This document shows positions 31,701 to 41,459 of a stretch of DNA of 64,000 nucleotides, one piece after another. This DNA is from Minisyncoccota bacterium. GTDB taxonomy: Bacteria > Patescibacteriota > Minisyncoccia > Phycocordibacterales > JAACPR01. The notes beneath the pieces were generated by a model, which was not told the DNA's origin, searched no databases, and saw nothing but the letters and a program-made list of their open reading frames with translations. Each line of letters begins with the position of its first letter. The stretch's first letter is position 1. Location: positions 254,667-318,666 of the forward strand of contig JBAYWG010000001.1 in the NCBI GenBank assembly GCA_041674225.1, written 5' to 3'. A program made the position numbers and the translations under genes.

Positions 31701-32170
31701 ATGTATCCACTACCAGAGACTCCAGCGGCGAGCTTGGAACCATCTGCAGATGATGTGATGCTTGACCAATCTCTTGATCCCGAAGAGTCACCATTTGTTC
31801 TCCATGTTGAACCGGAGTCGTCTGATACATGAATCGGTCCACCCTCTATAACACCTGCCATTATATTACCGTCGTCTGAAACAACTACATCAGCCCATAT
31901 TTGTGAACCGGTTGAGATTTGAGTATGGAAAAAGCTATTATCTGTATCTGTATACCAAATTAAACCACTGACCCCATCATTTGAGTTACCAGAAGCAATA
32001 TAAATACGAGGCTCGTTATCTGCTACATCAACCGCAGACCAATATCCTGGATTTGACATATCTGTAACAGTCCAACTAGCTATCACCTTCTCAAATCCAA
32101 CCTTCAAACTAAAAGCCACTATTAAAAGAAAAAATATTGCTTCGATGATTCGTACTTTTTTATTTTGCAT
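28724..32170 (-). CDS. Large surface protein: Asp-box/BNR beta-propeller repeats, Ig-like domains, C-terminal peptidoglycan-binding domain
   Basis: Repeated YIYTSxDSGxTW...GSRxWxxITSSxDGTKLAA; duplicated IDIDVTFSEAV module; KDLELNDEDPEVKLLQQFLN. Confidence 0.85.
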   Translation of the reverse strand: MQNKKVRIIEAIFFLLIVAFSLKVGFEKVIASWTVTDMSNPGYWSAVDVADNEPRIYIASGNSNDGVSGLIWYTDTDNSFFHTQISTGSQIWADVVVSDDGNIMAGVIEGGPIHVSDDSGSTWRTNGDSSGSRDWSSITSSADGSKLAAGVSGSGYIYTSSDSGASWNTNGDSSGLRNWQGITSSSDGTKLAAVVYGGYIYTSTDSGQTWTTNSNSSGSRNWSGITSSDDGTKLAAIVSNGYIYTSTNSGVTWTEQTGAGSRNWTDVDMSSDGGRIVAAAGNASSPYISIDGGSIWSVMQDVEQLSYIAIDGAGTKIVGAMSYGAVSVFEDVVEPIVASISSDKADGTYTVGEVIDIDVTFSEAVTSTGNVTVTLETGTTDRTCTFTVANSLTGTCNYTVQEGDVSADLAVSSISGTITDNFFNEMSVFVGFTNLSSNKDIVVGENTWTQHVSSGNKAWTRMASSADGTKLAATVSGGYIYTSTDSGATWTERTDAGSRGWSGITSSSDGTKLAAVVASGYIYTSTDSGATWGTQSNSSGSRNWQSITSSEDGTKLAAAAYNGYIYTSSDSGATWTTNSNSSGSRGWQGITSSSDGTKLAAVDSTPGYIYTSSDSGATWTTNSNSSGSRNWRRITSSSDGTKLAATVTNGYIYTSSDSGVTWTTNSNSSGSRGWYGITSSSDGTKLAAGVYDGYLYVSADSGQTWISQTDAGLRNWYDIASSDDGSKLAAPAYNGYIYTTTLGYDVTAPTITSVSSSKADGTYGVGEVIDIDVTFSEAVTSTGNVTVTLETGTTDRTCTFTVSNADTGTCNYTVQAGDESDDLTVSSISGTIADQEGNAMVNFTPATNLAANKDLFIDTTPPPIQTLSPLDNATDVAIDSNLVMIFNSVISVGTGNILIKKTSDDSTVLTIDVEGDEISQTGLDRITINPESDLSNGTSYYIIIPNTAVSDNYENYFEGISDSTTWNFTTVAAAEETVEEEEAVEETPTNRAPSSRSRSGGSSSSSNNTPSDDTPSVVSTIIDSLLTELKSTIQSEPENTSKIQDLISKMKEEFNSWFSSDTSTTEETPTFTKDLELNDEDPEVKLLQQFLNTQGFTVATSGPGSIGQETTFFGRLTQIALSNFQMSVGIVPAVGYFGSITRNFINSL

Positions 32171-32194
32171 TATTTATAATTGTAATTGATTTTA

Positions 32195-33052
32195 TTACAA
32201 TAGTCTAAAAAGTTTTCCAGCATTTTTTACCAACTGGTCTTTTACCATACCTACATCCAACCCTTTAATTTCTGCAATTTTCCTTACCACCTCACAAACA
32301 TAAGCAGGCTCGTTTCTTTTTCCTCTATGAGGAGCAGGTGTGACATACGGACAATCTGTTTCTGAGAAAATACGGTCTAAAGGCGCCATTTTAACCAATT
32401 CTTCGTATTGCGATGCAAATGTAATGACACCTGTAAAAGAAAAATTAAAACCCAAATCTAAAATTTGTTGTGCATCTTCAAGGCTTCCAGCAAAGAAATG
32501 AAAATTACCTCGGAGTTTCTCTCCATGAATTTGTTTTTTGTCAGTTAAAATTTTTAAAACTTCTGGATACGCATCTCGGCAATGAATCATAAGAGGTTTG
32601 TCGTATTTCACAGCTAAATCAATTTGAGATTCAAAAGCTTTTGTTTGTTTTTCAATATAATTTTCTTTATCTCCTTCAATTCTAAAAAAATCTAAACCGC
32701 ATTCCCCCACTCCAACAACTTTTGGATGTGAAATTAATTTTTCAAATTCTTCTATGTTGAATTCTTCACCTTTTGAATTAAAAGGTTCACTCTCCTCTCC
32801 GATCTCTTCTTTGTCGTGAAATGAAACATTAGTGTGAATCGGATGAAGCCCAACTATTGCATAAACTCCTTCTGAATGTTTCTCTACCAACTCCACAGCA
32901 TCCCTCGAAGTCTTTAAATTCGTCCCTACATTTATCATCCATGTTTTGTTTTCTAAAGATCTTTTTATCACTTCGTCCCGATCTTCTGCGTAGGCATTAA
33001 ATTGCACATGAGCATGCACATCTACAAATTCTGGAAGATTATTTTTTTCCAT
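32195..33052 (-). CDS. tatD: TatD family hydrolase
   Basis: VDVHAH, GLHP, VGECGLD, IHCRDA, ETDCPY, RNEP. Confidence 0.95.
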   Translation of the reverse strand: MEKNNLPEFVDVHAHVQFNAYAEDRDEVIKRSLENKTWMINVGTNLKTSRDAVELVEKHSEGVYAIVGLHPIHTNVSFHDKEEIGEESEPFNSKGEEFNIEEFEKLISHPKVVGVGECGLDFFRIEGDKENYIEKQTKAFESQIDLAVKYDKPLMIHCRDAYPEVLKILTDKKQIHGEKLRGNFHFFAGSLEDAQQILDLGFNFSFTGVITFASQYEELVKMAPLDRIFSETDCPYVTPAPHRGKRNEPAYVCEVVRKIAEIKGLDVGMVKDQLVKNAGKLFRLL

Positions 33053-33884
33053 TTTTAATTCTATTTAAAAGTTTTTCGTACACTTCAACAACTTTTTCAT
33101 CACCATTGTCTCGAATAAAGTAAGAGAATCCTGGTCGGACATTCAACTCCAAAACAACCCAACCACCATCAGCATCTCTGGCTATATCTAACCCTATCCA
33201 CGGAAAACTCTTCAGTATAGGACTTTTATCAACGATATCTGCAATATCTTTTTTAATAACTTCGTCAAGGATTATCACAGCTTTACCATCATCATTGTGA
33301 AGTGGGCTCAAATTTATATTTTTAATCTCTGAAACTTTTTCGTATAAAAGAATTATTTCACCATCTAACAAAATTACTCTGTACTCATTTTTAATATCAA
33401 TAAATTTTTGAGCTAGAACTGTTGAATCGTAATTTCTTTTCTTTTGGTTAAAAATAACTTTTACAGCTTTAGCCACTTTTCGTTTTGAATCGCATTTAAA
33501 AACATTTTTACCTTGAAGACCAGCACTCATTTTAACCATCACAGGGAAATCAAAATTTTTAACAATATCTTCTACAATTGCTTTCTGAGACTTAAATTGA
33601 GCATTGATACGAGTATGTTCTTCTTCAGAATTTGGATCATTGTAAGATCTTGTTTTAGGCATTGGAAGCTCATCCTTAAGCAACCGATATGTGTACGACT
33701 TAAAACTACAGATAAAAGAAACGGATTCATCGTTTATAGGAACACGAGCAATTGAAAAATAATACATCTGATCGTTAATCTTAATTTGCAACAGGTTTCC
33801 AATTTCATCCACCTTAGAAACTTCAATACCTAAATTTTCACAGGCCTTCACCAGAGCTTTCATGTTTGGTTTTGCGTTTTGCAT
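33039..33884 (-). CDS. ATP-grasp (RimK-like) ligase
   Basis: FPVMVK, GLQGKNV, QKFI...EYRV, GLD...VLELNVRPG. Confidence 0.8.
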   Translation of the reverse strand: MQNAKPNMKALVKACENLGIEVSKVDEIGNLLQIKINDQMYYFSIARVPINDESVSFICSFKSYTYRLLKDELPMPKTRSYNDPNSEEEHTRINAQFKSQKAIVEDIVKNFDFPVMVKMSAGLQGKNVFKCDSKRKVAKAVKVIFNQKKRNYDSTVLAQKFIDIKNEYRVILLDGEIILLYEKVSEIKNINLSPLHNDDGKAVIILDEVIKKDIADIVDKSPILKSFPWIGLDIARDADGGWVVLELNVRPGFSYFIRDNGDEKVVEVYEKLLNRIKNGKK

Positions 33885-33893
33885 AAAATAAAA

Positions 33894-35342
33894 TTAATCT
33901 TTTCTAAGAAATAATGCGCTCTCTGGTTTCTTGTTTTCTGAGATGGCAGAAATTATAGCATCTGAAGTAGCTGGTAATAAAGGTCTCAAAAGTTTTCCAA
34001 TATTAAATAATCTTTCCACTAATTCATGAATAATTTTCTTTGCCTCTTCTGGATTTTCTTTAATCACTTTGAAAGGTTGTTTATCTTGAATGATTTGATC
34101 CAGTTCAGAAATTTCTTTCCAAATAAAATCCATCACAGCTTGATAATTGAAACTCTCAAACGCGTTTAGATATTCTTGAGGTAAGTTTTCAAAAGAATTA
34201 TCAAAATTAAAGTTCCCTTCTAAATGATCTTCCGACATTTTCAAAATTCTATTCAACAAGTTTCCAAGGCCATTTGCCAAGTTGGCATTGTATGAATTTT
34301 TGATTTTTTCTAGTGTCACATCACTGTCTTCAAAAGGGCTTGTTTCCCTCAAAAGATAATAACGCAGCATATCTATACCATATTCATTCACAATATCAAT
34401 AGGTTCAATAATATTTCCAAGAGACTTAGACATCTTCTGTCCGTCTGAATTTATAAAACCATTTACAATGATGTGATTCGTCAGAGGAAGCCCTGCTGCC
34501 AAAAGCATCGCTTGCCACCGAAGTGCCTGGTGCTGAGTGTTGTCTTTTCCGCAAACTTGCACACGCACTGCATCCTCCCAATATTTTTTAAATTTAGATT
34601 CATCGTCTGGCCAACCCACAGCAGAAATATAATTAACCAGTGCATCAAACCACACATACATAACTTGTGTTTCATCATTTGGAATAGCCACACCCCAAGG
34701 CATTTTTTCTTTAATACGAGAAATACTAAAATCTTCTAGACCATTTTCGATCATTTGTTTCATTTCATTAAAACGAAAATTTGGAATCACGAAGTCTGGA
34801 TTTTTGTTATAGAAATCCATCAGCTGATCTCCGAATTTTGAGAAGGCGAAGAAATAATTTTCTTCAGTCAAAATAACTGGATCTTGAGTTGGATGATTTG
34901 GACATTTTCCATCAACTAAATCTTTTTCTTTTACAAACATCTCATCCCCTACACAATACAACCCTGAGTATTCTTTTTTATAAATAAATCCTGCGTCTAA
35001 ACATTTTTGCCAAAAACTTTGCGCGGCAGAAATATGATGAGCATCTGTTGTACGAATAAAATTATCATATGAAATATTTAAAACTTTTTTCAAATCTTTA
35101 AAAGATTCACACATTTCATCTACGTATTCTTGCGCAGTCTTTCCGTTTTCTTGTGCTTTCTCAAAAATCTTTACACCGTGCTCATCTGTTCCTGTATTGA
35201 AAAAAACATCAAAACCCATCTCCCTTTTAAAACGAGCAATCGTATCCGCACGAACAATTTCCATAGCAAAACCGATATGTGGTTTTGAATTCACATAAGG
35301 TAAAGTCGTAGTTATATAAAAAGATTTTCCTTTTTCTGACAT
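33894..35342 (-). CDS. metG: Methionyl-tRNA synthetase
   Basis: YITTTLPYVNSKPHIG, GTDEHG, YVWFDAL, KMSKS. Confidence 0.97.
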   Translation of the reverse strand: MSEKGKSFYITTTLPYVNSKPHIGFAMEIVRADTIARFKREMGFDVFFNTGTDEHGVKIFEKAQENGKTAQEYVDEMCESFKDLKKVLNISYDNFIRTTDAHHISAAQSFWQKCLDAGFIYKKEYSGLYCVGDEMFVKEKDLVDGKCPNHPTQDPVILTEENYFFAFSKFGDQLMDFYNKNPDFVIPNFRFNEMKQMIENGLEDFSISRIKEKMPWGVAIPNDETQVMYVWFDALVNYISAVGWPDDESKFKKYWEDAVRVQVCGKDNTQHQALRWQAMLLAAGLPLTNHIIVNGFINSDGQKMSKSLGNIIEPIDIVNEYGIDMLRYYLLRETSPFEDSDVTLEKIKNSYNANLANGLGNLLNRILKMSEDHLEGNFNFDNSFENLPQEYLNAFESFNYQAVMDFIWKEISELDQIIQDKQPFKVIKENPEEAKKIIHELVERLFNIGKLLRPLLPATSDAIISAISENKKPESALFLRKD

Positions 35343-35345
35343 AAA

Positions 35346-36416
35346 TTAGTCTTTAGAGTTGGCAGCGATTTTTGCTTTTTCCATATCACTCAAAAGTTCC
35401 ATCATAATTGCAGCAATCGGAACTGAAATCAAGATACCCAAGAATCCAGCAACCTTTGCTCCGATGATAATAGCAAAGATAGAAACCAAAACAGGAATAC
35501 CAACAATTTTTTTCACAACAAGAGGTTGGATCAATTGGCTTTCAAATTGTTGGATCACGATATAAATACAAAGAGTAATTGCTCCAAGTGTTACACCACC
35601 ACTCAAAAGTGCTAGAGCAATCGCAGGAATCGCCGCTAAAATCGGACCGAAAAGTGGAATCAATTCTAGAACCATCGCAATAAAAGCTAGAAGTGCGGCA
35701 TTTGGCACACCAACAATTGAAAGCAGAGTGAATGTAAGCACGCCAACAATCACAGCAAGCAGAAGTTGTCCTTGCATCCACAGACCAATTTTTCTTTGAC
35801 TTCTCTTCCACAGATCCAAAACATATTTTTCATGTTTTAAAGGAGTGACGATTCTCAAAAAATCTCTCACACCGTCTTCTTGTACTGCTAAATAAAAAGA
35901 AATAACAATGATAAGTAAGAAAGATAACGCACCTCCGAAGATTGCAGAAGCGGTTGTCAAAAATCCAAAAGTAGCACCAGAGAAAGTAGTTGTAACTTTA
36001 TTTAGAAATTCCTCTGTGATTTGCATTTCACTTACATAAGCAAAGAAAATATCTAATCCGGGGATGTTTGTTATTTTTTCACTACCCAGCTCGTCAATAT
36101 AAACTGGCAGTTGACTGAAAGTGGTTTTGATATCTGAAATAAAAGGAGGAAGAAATACCGAGAAAATACCTATGAAGAAAAGAATCGTTCCAGCATAAAT
36201 ACCTAGCACAGCCACCAAACGAGGTGCTTTTATTTTTTTAGTAATAAAATCTGAAATAGGTGTCACCGCTGAAGCAATGATAATTGAAGTAAGCAAAACC
36301 AAAATCAAATCTCGTATAACCCATAAAAACCAAAACAAAACAAAAACGACACCGGCTTTTATAATTGCACCAGTTGTGATGTTTATCGATATTTGGCGAT
36401 CAGTAGAGTCTCTCAT
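35346..36416 (-). CDS. AI-2E family (UPF0118) transporter
   Basis: Multi-TM; LIPLFGPI, QQFESQLIQPLV, GILISVP. Confidence 0.9.
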   Translation of the reverse strand: MRDSTDRQISINITTGAIIKAGVVFVLFWFLWVIRDLILVLLTSIIIASAVTPISDFITKKIKAPRLVAVLGIYAGTILFFIGIFSVFLPPFISDIKTTFSQLPVYIDELGSEKITNIPGLDIFFAYVSEMQITEEFLNKVTTTFSGATFGFLTTASAIFGGALSFLLIIVISFYLAVQEDGVRDFLRIVTPLKHEKYVLDLWKRSQRKIGLWMQGQLLLAVIVGVLTFTLLSIVGVPNAALLAFIAMVLELIPLFGPILAAIPAIALALLSGGVTLGAITLCIYIVIQQFESQLIQPLVVKKIVGIPVLVSIFAIIIGAKVAGFLGILISVPIAAIMMELLSDMEKAKIAANSKD

Positions 36417-36495
36417 TAATTAATATATTATCACTTCTTTTATTAAGAATAAAGTAAAGAAAAAAGCACCCCTGAGTTTAGGAGTGTTTTATAGA

Positions 36496-36948
36496 TTACA
36501 GGTCTTTATAATCTGCGAGTAACTTTGCAACACCTCGCACGACTGTGTATTCGGCAAGAAATATTGAGACGGTACAAATAAGCGAACCAATTATAATGTC
36601 TTGCTTACAAGAAAATCCTTCAGTTTTAGGTTTTTCAGCAAACAATTCATAGACGAGAAGCAGACCAAAGACTAGTAACCATATTAGAAAAATGACTAAA
36701 AAAATCAGTACGAAGTTTCTAATTAGGAAGTGATCATCGGGTTGAAGACTTGAAATGAGAAGAGAACAAATCATCCAACCACAAACTACTGTAACGAAGT
36801 TTTCTAGTAGTAAAAAACTGAAACAATATTTACGAAAAAAGGTCTCTGTAGGAGTTCCAAAAAAATAACCCTCATTGATTATTTTTAGTATTTTAGCCAC
36901 AGCCAAAAGCACCAACAATCCAAATAAACCAACGGCACCATTGTTCAT
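36496..36948 (-). CDS. Orphan membrane protein (about 4 TM)
   Basis: Hydrophobic ORF with upstream TTGAGT..TATATT and downstream hairpin. Confidence 0.6.
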   Translation of the reverse strand: MNNGAVGLFGLLVLLAVAKILKIINEGYFFGTPTETFFRKYCFSFLLLENFVTVVCGWMICSLLISSLQPDDHFLIRNFVLIFLVIFLIWLLVFGLLLVYELFAEKPKTEGFSCKQDIIIGSLICTVSIFLAEYTVVRGVAKLLADYKDL

Positions 36949-37020
36949 AATTTATTAAGTTCAAATTTATGTGAATATACAATGTTTCAACAAAAACTCA
37001 ACCAAAGAACCAGTCTTTTT

Positions 37021-38406
37021 TTAATTTAACTTAGATTTTAAATACTCCACCAAATCATCCTCAGAAATTCTTTCTTGTTCTCCTGAGTCTCTATCTCGCA
37101 CAGTCACACCAGTATTTTGTTCAAGAGTTTCGAAATCTACAGTGATGCAGAAAGGTGTTCCGATTTCATCTTGTCTTCGGTATCGCTTTCCTACTGTTCC
37201 ACTATCATCAAAAATTGTTTGTGGGATTTCTTTTTTAATTTTTTGGAAAATTTCTCGAGCCCTGTCTTGAAGTTCTGGACGATTTTTCAAAAGTGGAAAG
37301 ACTGCAACTTTTACCGGCGCAAGTTTTGGAGCAAGTTTTAGAACAACACGAGTTTCGCCATCCATTTCATCTTCATAATATGCATCAGAAAGTACAGCCA
37401 AAAATAAACGACCTAATCCTACTGATGTTTCTAAAATCCACGGAATATATTTCTCACCTCTCTCCTGATCAAAATAATTTAGATCTTCACCAGAAAATTT
37501 CATGTGCTGAGTCAAATCATAATCAGTACGATCATGGACGCCTTCTAACTCATCAAAACCAAGTGAAGGAAAATTGTATTCGATGTCCCACGCATCTTTT
37601 GCATAGAAAACTAAATTGTCGTGCTGTTTCCATCGCAAATTTTCTTCTTTAATACCAATTGATTTATACCAGTCCCAACGATCTTGTTTTATTTTTTCGT
37701 AAGCTTCTTTATTTTCATTTGGTCGAACAAAATATTGAGTGTCGGCTTGTTCAAGTTCTCGAGTTCGAAAAAGAAAGTTTCTTGGTGAAATTTCATTTCT
37801 AAAAGCTTTACCTATTTGAGACATACCAAAAGGAACTTTCGGTTGCAAAGTATCAACAACGTTTTTAAAATTTAAATAAATACCTTGGCAAGCTTCACCT
37901 GGTAAATAAACTGGCTCATTCCCTTCTGAAGTAAAATCACCTAAATTTGATTTAACTAACAAGTTAAATGCTTTTGCTGGAGTGAAATTTTTCTTTCCAC
38001 ATTTTGGGCAAGAAATTTTTTCTCTATTTTCATCAAACAATTTATTAATTTGTTCTTCAGACATTTTTTCATCTGCAACAACATCTATTTTTGCCAATTC
38101 TTTATCAACTCGAATACGAGTATTACAATCTCGACATTCAGCAAGAGGATCAGAGAAACCTTGAGTGTGTCCACTCGCCTCCCATACACGAGGATGTTTA
38201 AACATTCCAGAATCTATTCCAAAATAATTTTCTTTATCATAAACGTTGGCTTTCCACCAAGCTTGCTTAATATTATTCAAAAGCTCAACACCTCGCGGCC
38301 CAAAATCATAGACACCAGCCAAACCCCCATAAATCTCAGAACCTTGAAATACAAAACCACGGCGTTTTGCCAGTGAAACTATCTTCTCCATCTTGTCATT
38401 TATCAT
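37021..38406 (-). CDS. glyQS: Glycyl-tRNA synthetase, alpha2 type
   Basis: KRRGFVFQGSEIYGG, VWEASGH, FRNEISPRNFLFRTRE, GKRYRRQDEIGTP. Confidence 0.97.
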   Translation of the reverse strand: MINDKMEKIVSLAKRRGFVFQGSEIYGGLAGVYDFGPRGVELLNNIKQAWWKANVYDKENYFGIDSGMFKHPRVWEASGHTQGFSDPLAECRDCNTRIRVDKELAKIDVVADEKMSEEQINKLFDENREKISCPKCGKKNFTPAKAFNLLVKSNLGDFTSEGNEPVYLPGEACQGIYLNFKNVVDTLQPKVPFGMSQIGKAFRNEISPRNFLFRTRELEQADTQYFVRPNENKEAYEKIKQDRWDWYKSIGIKEENLRWKQHDNLVFYAKDAWDIEYNFPSLGFDELEGVHDRTDYDLTQHMKFSGEDLNYFDQERGEKYIPWILETSVGLGRLFLAVLSDAYYEDEMDGETRVVLKLAPKLAPVKVAVFPLLKNRPELQDRAREIFQKIKKEIPQTIFDDSGTVGKRYRRQDEIGTPFCITVDFETLEQNTGVTVRDRDSGEQERISEDDLVEYLKSKLN

Positions 38407-38430
38407 AATCGAAATATTACACTACTTTTA

Positions 38431-40374
38431 TTACTGCACAACTTTTGAATTAGTTAGGTCTGAAAGTCTCTCCATATCGGTTGTTGGATTTTCTGATGTG
38501 TGAGTTGTAGAAGTTTGAGTAAAGGTATCAGTCCCAATGAAAGTTGGGCTCATTATCAAGGCTGGAGTTTGCCCAACCTGACTAGCTGAAGGAGTGAAAG
38601 TAAGTTGCATAGAAACAGATCTGCTCGGATCAATAAAACCAACATGCTCCCGAACATCACCCAAATCCCATTCGATAGTTCTAGAAGATGGTATATATGT
38701 TACTTTTTCATTACTTGGCGAAATCATATTATTCCACCGTACATAAGGAGGAATAACGGCTGTAACTTTTCCATTTTGAAGAAGGTTTGATGAGTTTGAA
38801 AGACTCAATGTGACAGTATAATTTGTATCATTTTCAACTTTCGGAGGGATTGGTCCACTGTTTTGGAAAGGTCCACCCGCGTATGATGTAACAGCACTCA
38901 ACACCACATCAGATTTTAATTTAATTCTTTTTGCAGCATCAACTTTTATTTCCTCAGGGACAGAGTCTTCTGAAATTCTTTTTCCAGTAATGCTTGCATT
39001 CACAATTACTTCCGGATTTTTAAAAACAGCTTGTCGAGTAGCTAAAGTTTTTGTTCTAAAATTAAAACTTAAAGTCTGTGTCTCATCCACAGCAATAGAG
39101 GTGAAAAATTCCGGGCTTGTAACTTTATTCCAAGTAATAGTATTGTCACTAGAATTAAAGAATCCGTCAGATACTTCCAGACTAGCATCATCTAAAACTT
39201 CTCCGTCGAGTTTTAAAATAATCTGAGGCTCTGTCACCACACTTCCAGTATTGTTTTTATAAGTTAATCGGCCACTAATTTGCTTTCCACCCTCTCTAAC
39301 CAAATCCACACCCAATTCCCCATCAATAGAAATATCCATAGCAAGGAAAGGTTTTATTAAAGAAATTGATTTTGGAAGTGTTGTAAATTTAACTTTAAAA
39401 TCTTCTGATTCACTATTTTCAGACAGACCAACATTCCATTTAAAAACTCTTTCTTCATTGTTTTGACCTATCAAAGATCCCCGCACTGTAAATGTTTTTG
39501 ATTCTTGTGGTGCAAGTTTTTCAAAATGCCAAACATTATTTCCCTGCGATGGAGACACTGTTGATTGAGAAAAGTTAAAACCAAAAGGATATTCAGCGGT
39601 TACTAAAATATTTTCTAAACTACTATTTGAATTTGAAGAAACTGTCACATCAAAAGCTAGAGCCTGACCAGATGTAATTTCTTTTACAGTATCCACCACA
39701 AGACGAATCGGTGAAGATTGCAAAGCCAGAGTGAAAGTTTTTTTAGTCTCAAATATTGCATTCGAGTTTGGCATTCTGTATTCTGCTCGCACTTCAATTT
39801 CTTTTTGATCACCCTCTTGTCCGAAAAGAGTTGCTGAATACGTCTTCTTAACAATTGAATTTGGCGGAATATCCCCCAAACCTTCTCTTATACGAGGAAG
39901 ATCTGTGGTTTGATCAACAGTTTTTGTACCGTCTGGAAATTCTAAAACAATATCAACTGTTTGAATCGCAAAAGGATTTCTGTTTTGAATAATAATATCT
40001 AGAGACATGTCTTCTCCTCCGCCCACAGCAACTGGACCAACAACAGAAACATCAACAGTACTTGAATATACTGCAGTGCCACTACCATTGAATTTATAAA
40101 AAGCAAAACCTAGTGCACCGATGAAAAAAATAAATGCGAAAATAAATATTTTTGTAAAAAAAGACATTTTGTTTGATTTAACTGTTTTCGAAAAACTATC
40201 TTGTTCAAGATCCCCCCAAGAATCTGGTACGTCTTTCACTTCTCTTTTTAAATTTTGCCTTGTACGAATTTGGAATTGAGTATTAGGAGAATAAAGCTTT
40301 TCTTGAAGCTTTGTTACACGACTTTTGACGTTTTTATCATTATTTAAATTAGACAAATCTAATGGCTCGTTCAT
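38431..40374 (-). CDS. Membrane-anchored protein with tandem Ig-like domains
   Basis: Single N-terminal TM, beta-rich repeats, GPFQNSGPIPPKV. Confidence 0.75.
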   Translation of the reverse strand: MNEPLDLSNLNNDKNVKSRVTKLQEKLYSPNTQFQIRTRQNLKREVKDVPDSWGDLEQDSFSKTVKSNKMSFFTKIFIFAFIFFIGALGFAFYKFNGSGTAVYSSTVDVSVVGPVAVGGGEDMSLDIIIQNRNPFAIQTVDIVLEFPDGTKTVDQTTDLPRIREGLGDIPPNSIVKKTYSATLFGQEGDQKEIEVRAEYRMPNSNAIFETKKTFTLALQSSPIRLVVDTVKEITSGQALAFDVTVSSNSNSSLENILVTAEYPFGFNFSQSTVSPSQGNNVWHFEKLAPQESKTFTVRGSLIGQNNEERVFKWNVGLSENSESEDFKVKFTTLPKSISLIKPFLAMDISIDGELGVDLVREGGKQISGRLTYKNNTGSVVTEPQIILKLDGEVLDDASLEVSDGFFNSSDNTITWNKVTSPEFFTSIAVDETQTLSFNFRTKTLATRQAVFKNPEVIVNASITGKRISEDSVPEEIKVDAAKRIKLKSDVVLSAVTSYAGGPFQNSGPIPPKVENDTNYTVTLSLSNSSNLLQNGKVTAVIPPYVRWNNMISPSNEKVTYIPSSRTIEWDLGDVREHVGFIDPSRSVSMQLTFTPSASQVGQTPALIMSPTFIGTDTFTQTSTTHTSENPTTDMERLSDLTNSKVVQ

Positions 40375-40430
40375 GATAAAAATTATAACATGCGGGTTTT
40401 ATATTTGATAAAAGAAAAAGTCGCAGGTTT

Positions 40431-40823
40431 TTATTCAAAACCTGCGACTACTTTAAGGAAGAGTTTTTGCAAACCCCTTCTTCCATCCGGAAGCCAACAA
40501 TCGCTGACATAACAAATGGATTTAGAGGCCGATGTAACACTAAACGGAGTATACCCACAACCTTTGGGTATAAAAACCCCAAAACCACGGATAAAAGATT
40601 CTTGAAATAGAGTCAATAAATGAAAAGTCGATATGGGAAAATCATTATTCCCTGAAATAAGATGGTCTGCCAGAATTAAATCAGCAATCGGATTTTCTTC
40701 AGTTGATAACAAAAGAATATCTCTCAATGCCTCATATCCGTGAACAAACAAAACCTTATGACCTTCAAACTCTTTTTCAATATTTGTTCCGTTGTCGTCC
40801 AAACAAGAGTATATGATGTTCAT
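40431..40823 (-). CDS. Orphan hypothetical protein
   Basis: TTGACA-17-TAAGTT (40833-40861) upstream; terminator hairpin overlaps 3' end. Confidence 0.6.
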   Translation of the reverse strand: MNIIYSCLDDNGTNIEKEFEGHKVLFVHGYEALRDILLLSTEENPIADLILADHLISGNNDFPISTFHLLTLFQESFIRGFGVFIPKGCGYTPFSVTSASKSICYVSDCWLPDGRRGLQKLFLKVVAGFE

Positions 40824-40861
40824 TTGTTTATGAACTTACTTTTTTGAAACAAAATTGTCAA

Positions 40862-41458
40862 CTACAACTGACTTTCGCGGATTCCTGAGTTTATAACCTT
40901 CAAAGCATCTCTTCGCTCAGCTTTCATTTTTTCTACGACTTCCCCATCCCATGTATCATTCAAAATATAAAAATTAATATTTTCATTTGAACCTATGTAT
41001 CCTAGTCGATTTAAAATTCTTAAAACAATCACTGCTTCGATATCCAAAATTAATTCTTTACTAAAATTTTCTACATCTTGATTTTGTTTTAAGAAAATAA
41101 TTCCAGAATGAATTATTTCAAATAATTTTTCATCTCCCGTTTCACCAGCCACGAGTCTTTCAAGTAATTTAAAAATTCTTGCAATCACAGAAACTATTTC
41201 TGTTTTTGATTTAAGGAAATTACTTTCCAATGGAGCAGCGTTTGTGAGCCTCCAAACTCCTTTTCCGCGCACAAGCGACACATGACACATAGATAGAGTC
41301 TGTGTCCCGAAACGCAGTTTTGATTTTTCATATCTTATTCCTTGCGCCACAGCACGAATCAAACCAAGTTCTTCGGTAAAAAGAGTTAGCATTGCATCGG
41401 CTTCTCCGTGTGGAGTATTTTTTAATACAAAAGCATTTGTTTCGTAAATATGATGCAT
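40862..41458 (-). CDS. recO: DNA repair protein RecO
   Basis: GEADAMLTLFTEELGLIRAVAQGIR..KSKLR OB-fold; LRILNRLGY. Confidence 0.88.
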   Translation of the reverse strand: MHHIYETNAFVLKNTPHGEADAMLTLFTEELGLIRAVAQGIRYEKSKLRFGTQTLSMCHVSLVRGKGVWRLTNAAPLESNFLKSKTEIVSVIARIFKLLERLVAGETGDEKLFEIIHSGIIFLKQNQDVENFSKELILDIEAVIVLRILNRLGYIGSNENINFYILNDTWDGEVVEKMKAERRDALKVINSGIRESQL

Positions 41459-41459
41459 T

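Noticed and set aside
30060-31830. Possible CRISPR array
   Set aside because: Repeats are in-frame Asp-box protein repeats without unique spacers; no cas genes.
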